A stretch of DNA of 64,000 bases from the human T2T-CHM13v2.0 reference genome, Homo sapiens: the NCBI RefSeq assembly GCF_009914755.1, contig NC_060931.1; one strand, written 5' to 3'. Of the stretch, positions 1 through 19,337 are shown piece after piece. Below the pieces are notes generated by a model that saw nothing but the letters and a program-made list of their open reading frames with translations, was not told the origin of the DNA and made no database searches. Both the position numbers and the translations under genes were made by a program. Every line of letters starts with the position of its first letter. Positions within the stretch are counted from its first letter, which is position 1.

Positions 1-98
1 TTCCTTCATGTTAATCTAGTGCCTCTGCAACCAAGCTTTTGATAATAACTGAACAGCATAACATTCAAAGTAAAGTTATTTGCCAAAGAACAAAGAAC

Positions 99-402
<304 letters not shown>

Positions 403-3400
403 GAACAAAGAACAAATTTAAACTATCTTTTCACTAGTTCATGTTTACAGATTCATATACTTGTCAGACCCCCTGAGCAGAGGTAAGAGTTGACACTATT
501 CTCTTAAAAAAAAAGGCAACTCAATAGGACATTTCCACACCAATATAGGCTAAATTAGCACTCTAAAATAGGGCCAAGATTTTCCTCCTCCACATCAGTC
601 TGAGTCTCCTGCAGTGGACAAATAATTGATAAATACCCTCCCTTCCCCAAATTCTAGGTCATTACCTTTGGCTATAGTAGCATTTTTCTTGGGGATTTTA
701 AAAGTAGATATTTCAAAAAAAATTTCAAGTCATAATAAAGCAACTATGGACCAGCTGCTATAGGTTATAAAATGTCCTGGAAAATACTTCAACCAAGTTA
801 GTAGCATTAGTAGCAAAAGGAATCCACAGGTTGCCGACTGATGGGACCAGCTACCTAGAATTGTTAGACATAAGCCAATTAATTTGGAAGACACCTCAAC
901 TTTATAATAAATGGTCTTGAGCCCTTGTGCTTGGCAGAGATTAAATGGCAAGACCAGGTTCCAATAAACATCAATCACCATGTATCTTCAATATTGGGGT
1001 GAAGGTCCCCAAAGTTGCCAAAGGATCCCCTTCATCCAGTGTGTCCAGATGAAGTCTCAATTTTACCCTTGAAATGTGTCAAAAAGGAGTATCCAAAAAC
1101 TAATGGAGAAGGAGAGTTTGTTCTCTGTTTAATTGGGATGGACTGCATTGCCCCAGTGAGATGGACCCACCCCCTGAGATCCCGGGAGAGCAGGCAGCCT
1201 TACACAGACCTCAGAACCACAGGACTGCCCAAGATGCTATTTTCTCTTAATTGTAGTTTTCTATTCATTATGTTATGTAAAGAACTGTCTCTGCACAAAG
1301 AGGGACTTGGGGAAATTTCAGAGTCATTTTCCTCAACTCGTAAGAAAATGGGGCTTTCTAAGGATTTAGTTGGAATTCTGGCTTTCATGATATCACCAGG
1401 TTCATGGCACTATAGCCATGTTCTTAAACTTGCCTCATTTCCAGTTCTGATTTTGGAAACTTGGCCCCATTGTATTTTGGGAAAGTGACATGGCATTTAT
1501 TTTTTGACTTGGATTTTATAATAGCCTTTGTGAATTGTTTTCCTGTTGCCTTACTATTACATCCAGAATTTATTTTTGCAGCATATCACCAATACTTAGC
1601 TAACCAGCACTAAAAGGAAACCTCATTAACAATACTATGATGAGACAAAATTTTGAGACTTAGTCCCTAATATTCTGAAAATCTGTTTTTAACTGAAGTA
1701 ATTCTAGTTATGCTAGGGAAGCAAGACGTCTGAAGAAGTTATACAGTACAATATTCTATTTTTATTTATTCCCTTCATAAATGTCTGCTAGCCTTTTCTT
1801 AGAGGAGAATTTAAGAAAGCATTTTGATTTGTAGGAGCTATAGATTAAATGATACAGATAAAACACAATAAAAGTAATCTTGAGTGCTTGAGCTAGAATT
1901 ACATACATGATTTATTTACATGCAAAGGATCAATGCTGCCCAGACATTTACTAGAGAGTTTTAGAATGACCTTTTTAAGGGGTTATTTTACAAGATCTTC
2001 TGACTATTGTTAACTTTTAAACTTTGTCTCCATTCTCAAAAGTCAAGGGTGGAATAGAAAAGGAGTTTCCAAGGGTGATATAAGTTGATGGTTAGATATC
2101 AACATAATGTATAATTTATTCTAGCTGAGAATCCACATCACATTTTTTCTCGCTGCTAATCTGGCAAATTGTTTTCTGATGCTCAAAGCCTCTTGCCTCT
2201 AATCTTCTTTTCCCAGAACCTGCTTCCACTTCCTCAGCCCTTCTGCTTCCACCTCTCCAGTCCATGCAACACTCTGCCCCTCAACCATGGAGGTCTGCTC
2301 AGAACAGTTATTCTGGGCATCTTTATGTAGTCTGTGCCTTCAGTGTCATTTATGTACTCAGTAAATATTTGTCAGTAAGCTCCTTGGGGCTAACCATTAG
2401 GCATGTAAAACCAAACAAGACAAATCCCCATGCTCATCAAGCCACCTGCCTAAGATACGGGCAAGTGTGTAGCGGGGAGACAGACAAGAAAACAGGCAAT
2501 GACAGAGCACTATTCCATGCCTCTGGAGGTGGACAATATAGGGTACTTTGTAAGGACCAATTATGGGCAGGCCCAGAACATGATGCAGGGTTTTCCAGAA
2601 GGAGTAAGCTGAAATGTGCACACACCACAGCCATGATTTCTGATCAAGCCTTTTATTTCTTGTAAGCAAATTTAACCCAGAATATAGTGGCAGCTTATTC
2701 ATAAATGTGTCTCCTGCAAAAGTCCCTTCAGGTTTTGATCAGACTAATTTCAGGTTTGATCAGCAGTGGGGACATTTGTACATTTGCTTTTTGGGCAAGG
2801 CATCAGGTGGACTTGCCCTTCTAGAACAGAAAGAAAGGGAAGGGATTCGGCATCCTCTCTCTAGATAATTTACCCAGGCCCTACTCACAATCTCTAACCT
2901 CTCAAAGAGGCATTTTGGAAGTTTAGATTCTATCCTAGCCCAACATTAAGGAATCTGTTCAGTTTGAGGGGAAGAGGTCCAGAGCTCACACTAACGAGGC
3001 ATTCTGGGGTCTCAAGTCTGGAGATGCTGTTTTCTGAAACACCTTTCCCACCAGCTATGGTTCAGCTGCCATAGTGTAGGGGTGGGTGGTTTACATCCTT
3101 CCTGTCTGGACTCTAAGAAGCAAAACGCCAAATAGCATTCTGTGATCCCCAATAGTTGGTTCTAAACCTTCTCTTCAAGTTGCATTTTCTGTAGAAATGA
3201 CATTAGAAAAAATTTATGGAAAGTGGAAATGGAAATCCTAATGGAAAGTGGAAATCCTTTCTATGTTTGTAAGAGCCACATTCTGAAATTGGGGTCAGGA
3301 CATCTATGAAGCCCTGGTGTTTCATGGGCACATTTGCACATGTTGCTAGGAATGGATCCAAGGCACTCATCAGATAAACAGGGTTCATGGCTCCAGAAAG

Positions 3401-3464
3401 ATAATGGACTTCTGTCACAGGAAATATAAATGTCACTCTTTGCTGACATAAAGAGACAATTTAG

Positions 3465-3770
<306 letters not shown>

Positions 3771-4339
3771 GAGACAATTTGACAGTCTTGGTACTGTTAA
3801 AAGTCTACCTTTGCCTTTTTGGGAGAGAACACCTTAATCTTTGGCAGCACTATGAAAGCTGGAATTATTTATTTACTACCTAGGCATTTACTACCTGACC
3901 TAGAAATTGTGAATGAACACATCAAGATAAATATATTCATATGATGAATCTTGACATGAATATATCCAGTGACCTAGAAAAAAGAGGACGTGAAAATTAA
4001 ATGAGGACTTCTTAAACAAAAGGCTTTTCTCTTCTTTCTCTGCAGCAGGGTCCAAATGTTGACTTCTCAGGGATTAGAGGCAAGGAGCTTAGCACAGAAT
4101 AGACAAAACGAAATGTTCACTTTCCCTAAAACAAAACGAAATGGATGAGTTCACAGGTGAAGTCTTTCAAATGATGGAGGGATAGATAAATCTGATACAG
4201 CTTAAGCTTTTAAGAGCAAAATCAACTAATTTACATCATTAAAGAAAAGACAAACCATCTGACAAATGGGCCAGAACCTAAAGTCAGTTTTTAGGGGGGA
4301 AAAATGCAACGGCCAATAAACACACAAAAGATGTTCCAT

Positions 4340-5770
<1,431 letters not shown>

Positions 5771-6092
5771 TTTTAAATGCTCCAATCAGAAAGCAAAAAT
5801 TCAAAAGTTTTATGGTACCCAGGGATGATAAGAGAGTGAAAGAAGCATGTGTACACTATTGGGCCCATTTTTTTCAAGGCAGTTTAGCAAAATTTATCAA
5901 ATTTATCAAAATTTATCTTGGGCATATTTGCAAAAGCTATTTGGGATATATAGACAAAATTATTCATTGCTGCATTGTGGGAACAGCAACAACAGGAAAG
6001 CCAGTGTCTCCGTTAGGGAGACTGGATGATACACTCTAACGGCAAAAGCAGCAGGGGAGCAGATTGTGATTATGGGGAAAGGTTCTCAATAC

Positions 6093-6410
<318 letters not shown>

Positions 6411-6649
6411 TCAATATGTTTTATGAAGTGCAAAAGCAAGGCTCAGAGCAGTGCCTTTAATATTACCCCATTGATGTAGTTTTTAATTAATAGTTAGAAA
6501 AATTATTTCCAGGAAAGGATAACAAGAAATGAGTAACAGTGACTACCTTTGAGGATTATGTGGGGGTGGGGTGTGCAGGATTTCACTTATCATTCTGTGC
6601 CTTTTCTTTTTTACCTGTTTATATTTACTAACAAAGGGTTATTTTCCTT

Positions 6650-6803
6650 TTTTTATTATTATTATACTTTAAGTTCTAGGGTACATGTGCACAACGTGCA
6701 GGTTTGTTACATATGTATACATGTGCCATGTTGGTGTGCTGCACCCATTAACTCGTCGTTTTCATTAGGTATATCTCCTAATGCTATCCCTCCCCGCTCC
6801 CCA
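6650..6803 (-). mobile_element. Heavily 5'-truncated L1PA 3' end (~150 bp)
   Basis: ttattatactttaagttctagggtacatgtgcac... is the L1PA 3' terminus; flanked by TSD-like ttttcctttttt. Confidence 0.9.
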
Positions 6804-7480
6804 CTGTTTTCCTTTTTTAAGACTTGTTTATGTTTTCTAACAATAGATTTCTTTTTTAAAAAAATCACAGGAATTATCAAAATAGTGGGATTGTGGCTTT
6901 TTGTGTTTTCTCTGTTAACTATTTTAACATCTATAATTTTTTTAAATAAATTTTTTTACAAGGAAAAAGCCTTGTAAAATATTTTTAAATTTTTTTTAAA
7001 TATTCCCTTTTCTCTCTTCTCATGACTGGTCTGGCTTTATCTAGATGCTCAAACTTGTAGTGTCACAATTTAGTCCTTGATGCAAAGGGAAAGAATGTTG
7101 GCATGTGCTAATATATGAGTGCTAAAACGGTTGCCAAATCCCTCCTTTTCCAGAGCAGGGGTCAGACGCTCATCAAGTGATATAGATGCCTGTTTAGTCT
7201 ACCCATCAACCCCACAGCCATTCCTATGGGAATGATAAACAGAAAAGACAAAACCAATCAATACTGAAACCCATGATTTAATTAAATCCAGAGATGAAGA
7301 AAGTGCTTAGGCCAGAAATGGAGAGGAATTTCTGATGATTATAATGTCATTAAGATGCCCCAAACCTGGAGCAGGAAGAGATGGAGGCAAAGCAGACTAA
7401 TGGTGCTGGGAGTCACTGCAGGCATCACAGTGAGCTCTGTGGTGCTGCCCATGCACGTTGGTGTCGTTCTGCCTTCTTCC

Positions 7481-7793
<313 letters not shown>

Positions 7794-7884
7794 TAAACTT
7801 ATTTTTTTCTTTGCCTGTGCCTACAAATACAAATTTGAGTAAACTGTCCCTTCTAATGGCTGGTATAGTAGATTTACATGTTTG

Positions 7885-8340
7885 TTTTTTTTTAATTTTT
7901 AATTGTGGTAAAATATACATAACAAAATTTACCATCATAACCATTTTTCAGCATGTAGAGCTCAGTGACACTGTGTGCATTCACGTTGTCCAACCATCAT
8001 CACCGTCTATCTCCAGGACTTTTCATCTTCCCAAACTGAAATTCTGTCCCCACTAAACACCAACTCCTCATTCTCCCCATCCTCGGAGCCCTTGGCAGCA
8101 ACCATCCTACTTCCTGTCTCTAGGAATTTGACCACACTAGGCACCTCATATAGGAGGAATCATACAGTGTTTGCCCTTTTGTGCCTGGCTTATTTCAGTG
8201 AACATAGTATCTTCAAGGTTCAACCATGTTGCCGCGTGTGCCAGAATTTCCTCCCTTTTTAAAGCTGAATAGTATTCCCTAGTATGTATATGCTCTATTC
8301 TGATTATCCATTCCTCTGTAGGAGGATCCACGGGTTGCTT
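7885..8340 (-). mobile_element. L1MB-type 3' end
   Basis: ttgtggtaaaatatacataacaaaatttaccatc... ; ORF track shows L1 ORF2 C-terminal similarity (EYYSALKREEIL..ATW). Confidence 0.85.
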
Positions 8341-9633
8341 GATATAGGTATTTCTTTGAGGAAACTCCACTGGTTATTTGGTCAGGAAAATTATTTGTTG
8401 TTTCATTCTTTGCATTGAAATAAGTTATCACTCATTTCATATAAAAAGTATTCTGGGGTTCAAATAAAAAGAAACACTACGAAAATTCATAGAGGTTGGC
8501 TCCTTTTGAAATAAATTCAATGTAAAGAAATTCTAGAAAATTACACCTGTTCTCTACATGATTCAAGAGAACATTGTATCTTTGAAACTTCCTGAGAGAG
8601 CAAAGAATGGTAAGAAGGACAGTAAGGAGATAATGGGTCCAACCTTTTGACCAACAGTCACAGGTATGTGACTTAGAGACCATGGGAAAAGGAATTACTG
8701 AATTAGAAGACAAACTAAAACAAAATCATCCCCAACCCAGTGGAAACAGAAGATGAAAATAGAACTTTTTAAAACCCAGAAATCTAATTTATGAACAACA
8801 GATGTTTCTAAAAAAAAACATAGAGAAATATAATAACCAGTGAAAAAAAGATGAAAATATTTTTTTATCTAAAAAAATACATACCTAATTAAAATTGAAA
8901 TTCTTCATATTTCAGATAGCTGGAATTGATATAATAAAATATATATGTAGGTTCATAGTAGAAAATTTGTAGACACATAAATAAGAAAAAACAATAATAA
9001 TCCAATACACAGCAAGCTTCTGCAACTACATAGTCCTTCTTACCATTCATTGCTCTAATAAAGTTTTAAAACTAAAATGTTCTTTTGAATCATGTTAAGA
9101 ACATTGTGAAATTTCCTAAAATTTCCTTCAGTTTCTTGCATTGAATTTACTCCAAAAGGAGCCAAGGGGTTCCTGGAGGAAGAATTTTTGAACTGAAGAA
9201 TGCTATAAACAAACAGGAGAAACTGTCGGACGCCTGGAAAATAGCAAAAGCCAAGAAAATTTGAATGTTCTCTTCACAGCACAAAGATGTGCTTGGTAAG
9301 ATGTCTATTTAAAGGGAAAAAAAAAATAGTTCTCTACTGTACCAGTTGTCAGTGATATGTGACTATGCCAAATACAGACATTCTCAAGCACGTAAAAATA
9401 GAGAAATTGCCCACATGTCAAATATACAATTTCAGGATTGCGAAAATTGTGGATGGCAGAAACCGGTAGTGAATAAGGAAACTAATTACTTATAAAGAGA
9501 TATGCTGAAATGATTGCAAGGATGTATTATTATTTTATTACTTAAATATATATTGTATGGCTTATTGCACCAATTAGCTAAATAAAAAATAATAAAGAGG
9601 TATTCTGTAACACTTGTTTTTAAAAAAGCTCCA

Positions 9634-9929
9634 GGCCAGGCATGGTGGCTCACCAATAATCCCAGCAGTTTGGGAGGCTGAAGTGGGCAGATCACTTGAG
9701 ACCAGGAGTTCAAGGCCAGCCTGGGCAACATGGCAAAACCCTGTCTCTACAAAAACTACAAAAATTAGCCAGGCATGATAGCATGTGCCTGTAATCCCAG
9801 CTACTGGAGGGACTATGGTGAGAGGATTGCTTGAGCCCTGGAGGTCAAGGCTGCAGTGAGCCATGATCAAACCATTGTATTCCAGCCTGGGTGACAGATG
9901 AGACCCTTCTCAAAAAAAAAAAAAAAAAA
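9634..9929 (+). mobile_element. AluJ
   Basis: J-type features (ttgagccc..gaggtcaaggctgcag); TSD aaaaagctc. Confidence 0.92.
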
Positions 9930-10016
9930 GGAAAAAAAGCTCTTTAAAAATCAAGACTTGCCATGGTAAAGATAACATTTGAATGAAAAAGGCAGTATAA
10001 TTACTGGTTGAGGTGC

Positions 10017-10081
10017 ATATATATAATCATATATATATATATGAAATATGTATATATATACACACATATATATACACACAC
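10017..10081. repeat. (TA)n/(CA)n low-complexity microsatellite
   Basis: Directly visible. Confidence 0.85.
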
Positions 10082-10603
10082 TATTTTATTTTTATTTATA
10101 TGAGCTTGATCATCTCCACATAACCCAATAAACCAAACATATACTCACCTATTACAATACTTAACCATGAAACACTAGAGGTTTTTAGAATTAAAATTAG
10201 GACCAAAATAAGCGTGTAAGATGCCACCAGCTCTAACATTTAAAAAGTAAAATAGTACATGTTCCTTGGGAATCCATATAAACAGAAGAAAAATGTCACC
10301 GTAATAATCTCACCACCCAACGAGCCTCAGGAACCTGCAGAAAGGAAGGGCTTTTTGATCATCTCTGACTGCAGAGCCAGCAATTAAAATAAGTATAGCA
10401 AGTCTCCCTGGGATGGGGGTAGCCAGCCAGCGTCTGGGCTATGTGGATTCTCCAGGCCATTGGACACCATGCCCTTTACTCAGTAGGTGCCCGTGAGTTG
10501 GCAAAAGTCTAGCTGATTACATCCTGGTTTTTAAATCCTAAATGGCCTCTCGATAAAAACTCTTTGTATTAACATTTCACTGAAGGATAAAAAATTTCAA
10601 ATA

Positions 10604-10953
<350 letters not shown>

Positions 10954-12505
10954 TCAATTTAGTGGTCACACTTTAGTGAAAAAAAAAAGACTTTTCTTCA
11001 GGTAAAAGTCTTGAGAAAAATAAATTCTTACTTCCCAAGGATCTCACAGAGCCAACATGAGTAAAGTTAGTCTGACTTGTAAGCAGGTGAATGAATGTAG
11101 CACAGAGGCATTCGGACAAGTCAGAGATGCCTGGGACTGTGCTCTTCCCATCCCTGGCCTCACCCAACACCATGAGACCCAGAGTAGGGAGGAAGGCAGC
11201 CCAGGCCCATCTCCTCCTCCATACCAACTACCTTTTCAAGCCTGTTCTGAAGGCAGAATGTTCTACCATCAGTGCTTTTTACCCTTCTTGCTCTATGAGG
11301 ACAGGGAAGTTCAGGTCGATGAACAAATGGATTAACTATGATCAACTCATTTCTTTTGCTTCAAAACACACATTAAGACTAACCCAAGGAGCAAAGCCCT
11401 CAAAATGCGCTTACTCAAGAGTTTGTGGTTCACTGTGACCTCACCCTGCCCCCTCACAATAATTAATCTCAGGTTCTAGTAGAGCATTAGATCCCACTTC
11501 TTTCAACCATCTAAACTAGGTGAAAGTGTCCCTGGATTTAAGGTGCTGTAGATTAAGACAGGACTGGTGCTTTTAGATCAGGGGTTTTCTCCGGTGGGCT
11601 GTTTCCTGAAAGAGTCCAAAAAATTAGAATCAAATCCTTGCATATGAATGCACAGAAATAACATTTTTTTTCTCTTTGTGAGTTTTTCCTATGTTACTTA
11701 CAGCAAAGATGGCAGAAGCCCTTAAGTTAATGAAGTCCCCAGGCATGTTGCCAGGGTGTAAAGGCCCTTATCTGTGTGCTCTCTGCCAATGGGAAGTCGG
11801 AATTATCAAGCAGCCCTTGGATCAAAGGGAAGTCTGATCCTGGGGACTTTCTTATGCCTCCCCCAGAGCTATGGATAATTTCCCTGCCTGCATTCTTCAC
11901 TGCAACTCTCTTTTATGAGAAATGGCTGCTCTGGCAGAACACAAAGATGACTGCATTTCCAAGGAGGTTAGTAGACCCTTAGCATTAATGCTCAGTTTAT
12001 GGGTACAATGTAGTTATACATCCAAATTTATACATTTACACATAGTCACTAATAAATAGTTGTGTTTTAAAGAGTTGAGTTTAATTGGAAACTACTTAAT
12101 TTTATTAGCCAAGTATATAATATGTATATATGTGTGTTACACTTTCAGATTTGAAAAAAAGCTTGCTTGCTTAAAATTGTCAACATTATATTTTTGTAAT
12201 CTAGTTATTCTAATCTAATCATCTTCTTTGTAGACCCTTCATTTCTAGAAATTTCTAAGTCTCTTTAGTTTGCCTTTTATTAAGGACTTAGCAAATATGA
12301 GGTGATTTTGCTCTCCTGTGTACACAGTGACTGCTGGATGAGGAGAGAGGAGAGGACTTCTCAGGAATAGGATTATTCAAGAGCAGGAGAATCTAACTTT
12401 TCAGAGAGCAGCCTGTAACAAAGAGCTATCTAGAACAATCATGTGGTTTATGAGCGGAGCTCTCTCAGATAACCTGCCTTAGAAAGATTCTGCATTGTCC
12501 TGTCA

Positions 12506-12933
<428 letters not shown>

Positions 12934-13489
12934 CCCTTTGCGCTTTGAACAGGAAAGAAAATAGGGACAACCTACCTTCCAGACATAGAACATGGGGTGG
13001 TTATTGCTTATGGGGGGGCGGTGTGCCCTTGCTCACACAAGCACTGTGTTGGACTAATAGGCATAGGAAGTTAAGAGCACAACTGAAGTAAAACAAAACC
13101 CATCACCCTCACCTGGCAAAACCCCACCCTCGTTAAACTTAATTCTCTGTCCACTCTTTACTTGCATGCAGGCAGCATAAGAGTGTTCCTTTAATCTTAT
13201 GACCACGGATCTCAAGCTCCCTTTAACGCTCAATCCCAGAAGCACTGCACCTCTCTGATGTGGAGAGAAGGCTGCTTTACACTTCCATTTTCCTCACACC
13301 TAGAGTGCCCTTCCCTCTCTCACTGAGAAATGAAGGCAATCAGAACACAGCCAGCCTGCCTGCACACACACTCCCATGCTGTGCCTCCTTCCAGTGACAA
13401 CTGTCTCAGGCCAGCCTCTCCATTTGCACATGGGATCCCATCCCATCTTGTCTTTATGCAGCCTTGATCCTGAAAGTAGCTCCTCCTTC

Positions 13490-14010
13490 TCCTGCATAGT
13501 CCACTGTCCTCTCCGCTCAATCACTTCCATCCCATTACATAACGATTCCACTCAGAACTCTCCAGTGGCTTTTTCACCATCATTCCTGCTGCTCTGCCCT
13601 TGCCTGACACTGCCTCATTCTTTCCACCTAATTCCAGCCTCGAGAGTCCTCTTTCTAATCCTTGAATACAGCAAGATGGTTCTTCCCTCAGGGCCCTTGC
13701 ACTTCAGGTTTCTCTGCTTGGGACAGTTCCTCCAAATAAATAATTCACTCCCTCCCCCCATTTAGATCGTTTTCTCAAATGTCCCCTCCTGGGAGAGGCC
13801 TTACATCACCACCCTATCTAAACTATTCTCCACACAGCTCTTTATTTTCTCCAATCACTATTTTCATTCATGGTGCTCGTGTTGTAATTGTGTTTGCCTC
13901 CCTCCTAAAGGGCAGCCTCCAGGGGCAGAGATGTACCTGCCTGTCCTCTTCAGAGCTGTTCCTTATCACCCACCAGAGCAGTACCTGGCACACAGCAGAC
14001 GGCCCATAAA
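13490..14010 (+). mobile_element. L2 relic
   Basis: L2-like motifs (ctcagggcccttgcact, agtacctggcacacag, aaacatttgt); approximate. Confidence 0.6.
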
Positions 14011-14081
14011 ACATTTGTATCCAACAAACATGGGTTATTCCCTGGCTCAGCCACTTAATAACTTGGTGGCCTTGGGCCTCA

Positions 14082-14387
14082 ATTTCTCTTTTGTTGAGAC
14101 AAGGTCTCACTCTGTAGCCCAGGCTAGAATTCAGTGGTGTTATCAGGTTCACTGCAACTTTGACCTCCTGTGCTCAAGCAATCCCCCTGCCTCAGCCTCC
14201 TGAGTAGCTAGGACTACAGGCACATGCCACCACACCTGGCTAATATTTTTAAAAATTTTTAAATTTTTGTAGAGATGGAGTCTTGCTTTGTTGCCCACGC
14301 TGGTCTCAAACTCCTGGGCTCAAGCGATTCTCCTGTCTTGTCCTCCCAAAGTGCTGGGATTACAGGAATGAGCCACTGTGCCCAGCC
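14082..14387 (-). mobile_element. AluJ
   Basis: Reverse Alu with J diagnostics. Confidence 0.92.
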
Positions 14388-14389
14388 TC

Positions 14390-15335
<946 letters not shown>

Positions 15336-15337
15336 TA

Positions 15338-15986
<649 letters not shown>

Positions 15987-16040
15987 GAGCCTCAAATTCT
16001 GGATTTATAATGATATGGATAGAAGATAAAAATAGAAGCC

Positions 16041-16422
<382 letters not shown>

Positions 16423-16792
16423 CTACCCAGTAAAAGTTAATTAGTACTGTTTTGTGAGCTTTTCTATAATGTTTCTCTCTGGGACTACTCCAGCTCTCTG
16501 GTTACAAAATACATAGATTTCAACATCATAGAGAAAATGCATATTTGGACAACATATACAAAACTGGAAAGTGCAAAAAATAACGAGTTACTGCCTATAA
16601 GCAGGAGCTTAATCCCTCATTCAAGATGTCTCTTTTAAAGGAATTTACTGACCCTAGAATAGTATCTGTAAGATGAATAGACAGTGGATCTATCCCACCA
16701 GATGGAAGGATAGATGTGGGGGGAGGGGTTGGATAAATGAGTGAACTGAGTGGATGGATTGCACATAGTTCAAAATGATGACTGAAATGTGG

Positions 16793-17700
16793 ATTTATTA
16801 TCTTACTTTAAGTTCTGGGATACATGTGCTAAACATGCAGGTTTGTTACATAGGTATACATGTGCCATGGTGGATTGCTGCACCCATCAACCCGTCATCT
16901 AGGTTTTAAGCCCCACGTGCATTAGGGGTTTGTCCTAATGCTCTCCCTCCCCTTGTCCCCCACCACCCAACAGGCCCCAGTGTGTGATGTTCCCTTCCCT
17001 GTGTCCATGTGTTCTCATTTTTCAACTCCCACTTATGAGTGAGAACATGTGGTGTTTGGTTTTCTGTTCCTGTGTTAGTTTACTGAGAACAATGGCTTCT
17101 GGCTTCATCCACGTACCTGCAAAGGACATGAACTCATTATTTTTTTATGGCAGCATAGTATTCCATGGTGTATGTGTGCCACATTTTCTTTATCCAGTCT
17201 ATCATTGATGGGTATTCGGGTTGGTTCCAAGTCTTTGCTATTGTAAATCGTGCTACAATAAACATACGTGTGCATGTGTCTTTATAGTAGCATGATTTAT
17301 GATCCTTTGGGTATATACCCAGTAATGGGATTGCTGAGTCAAATGGTATTTCTGGTTCTAGATCCTTGAGGAATTGCCACACTGTCTTCCACAATGGTTG
17401 AACTAATTTACACTCCCACCAATAGTGTAAAAATATTCCTGTTTCTCCACAGCCTCGCCAGCATCTGTTGTTTCCTGACTTTTTAATAATTGCCATTCTA
17501 ACTGGCGTGAAATGGCATCTCATTGTGGTTTTGATTTGCATTTCTCTAATGACCAGTGATGATGAGCTTTTTTTCATATGTTTATTGGCCACATAAATAC
17601 CTTCTTTTGAGAAGCGTCTGTTCATATCCTTTGCCCACTTTTTGATAGGGTTATTTTCTTATAAATTTGTTCAAGTTCCTTGTAGATTCTGGATATTAGC
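16793..17700 (-). mobile_element. 5'-truncated L1PA (approx. L1PA7/8) ORF2 C-terminus and 3'UTR
   Basis: ORF 17137..17625 (-) matches the L1 ORF2 C-terminal domain; L1PA 3'UTR. Confidence 0.93.
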
Positions 17701-17719
17701 AAATATTTCTAAGAAAATG

Positions 17720-18208
17720 CAGTTGGCCCTTGAACAACACAGGAGTTTAGGGCTTCCAATCCCCCATGCAGTCAAACATTTGTGTATAACTTTTGACTCC
17801 CCCAAAACTTAACCACTAACACCCTGTTGTTAACTAGAAGCCTTGCCAGTAACAAAGAGTTGATTAACATATTTTATATGTTATTTGTATTATATACCAT
17901 ATTCTTACAATAAAGTAAGCTAGAGAAAAAATATTAAGAAAGTCATAAGGAAGAGAAAATATATTTGCTAGTCATTAAGTGGAAGTGGATCATCATAAAG
18001 GTTTTCATCCTTGTCATTACATTGAGTAGACTGAGGAGGAGGAGGAGGAAGAGGAGGAGTTGGTCTTGCTGTCTCTGAGTTGGTGCTTTGTCTGCAAGTT
18101 TTTTCAAATTGTTGCAAACTCCAACATGTTTTCAAATATGTGTACTGAAAAAATTCATGTGTAAGTAGACTCACACAGTTCAAACCCATGTTGTTCAAGA
18201 GTCAACTG
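17720..18208. mobile_element. Tigger2-family (MER28-like) non-autonomous DNA transposon
   Basis: Terminal inverted repeats cagttggcccttgaacaaca ... tgttgttcaagagtcaactg followed by TA. Confidence 0.85.
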
Positions 18209-19214
18209 TAATTTGTTGAGAATTACTACCGGTTACTTCTAGAGCACAAGTGAGTGTTGTCTTGGGGTTCTCCACGTACCCCCTGGAAATGCAGAAGAAG
18301 GTAGGTGTGAAGTTCTTGGATGCTGGCCAGTATTTAATGAAAGATTAATTCACTCATCCCATGATCCAGCAACCCATGGGTAGCAGGAAGCCCCAGGAAC
18401 ACCTCTGGAGGGAATGTGGCAGCTGCTGCAGGAAGACAGAGCCCCAAGATGGCGGTGTGCCTGGGGCTGGCAGCAAGCTCACCCTTGGACCTTAGAGAGC
18501 TTTTCCTAAGTATCCATGTGGCATGTCCATAGGAAAAAAGATGTTACATTAGCAAGAAAAAAATACGTCTTTGCCTAAAACTTAAACATATTTTTAGATG
18601 GGAATACAACTTAGAAATTTTAAAGCAAGTCAGTGAGGGGGAAAACGTTTGCCTTTAAAAAAAATCATTTTCTAGGCATCTTTTCATTCAGTGAGGAGTA
18701 AATATTATCATGTTTTTGCCATTACACTCACATGAATGAGCCATGTCCATTCTTCTTTGGATTATCCCTCAAAATTGCTCATCTATTCCGTGAGAGGGAG
18801 TGGGTGGCTGGAAAGAGCTCTATGCAAAATGCAGCCCTTGTCTTCACTAAGCAGACTGTCTGACCCAGATGGAACAGCAACCGACACACTTCCTATGATT
18901 TCATTTACCCAAAGGCTTTGCAGTCGTTTGGTTTAATCGCTATTTTAAAAAGTAGAATCAAAGCAGTTTCTCCCTCCAACCTCACATGCTTAGATGAAAA
19001 GAGCTAACTCTTGTCACTCCTGCATCCTTAACTAGACTTGGTGATAAAGGACAAAACGCAGTTCTGGAAGGACAATAATTACAAGGAGTTTCATAATTTG
19101 TAAGAAAAAGATCCTGAATTCAAAGAAACGGGTTCAGCCAAAGGGGCATCTCTCTTTCCCTCAACACCCTCTTCCAATCGGTCACCAAGTTCTATCCATT
19201 TTATCACTTGGCAG

Positions 19215-19337
19215 TCTCCCCTCTCCCCTCCCCTCCCCTCTCCCCTCCCCTCCCCTCTCCCCTCCCCTCCCCTCCCCTTCCCTTCCCTCTCCCCTCCCCT
19301 CCCCTCTCCCCTCCCCTCCCCTCTCCCCTCCCCTCCT
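19215..19337. repeat. Pure pyrimidine (CCCCT/CCCT/CT) degenerate tandem repeat
   Basis: About 120 bp of only C and T. Confidence 0.95.

Noticed and set aside
730-1488. ORFs 730..981 (-) and 1015..1488 (+) as coding or retroviral env-like sequence
   Set aside because: No recognisable motif or convincing splice structure; may be an old repeat relic but I cannot support a call.
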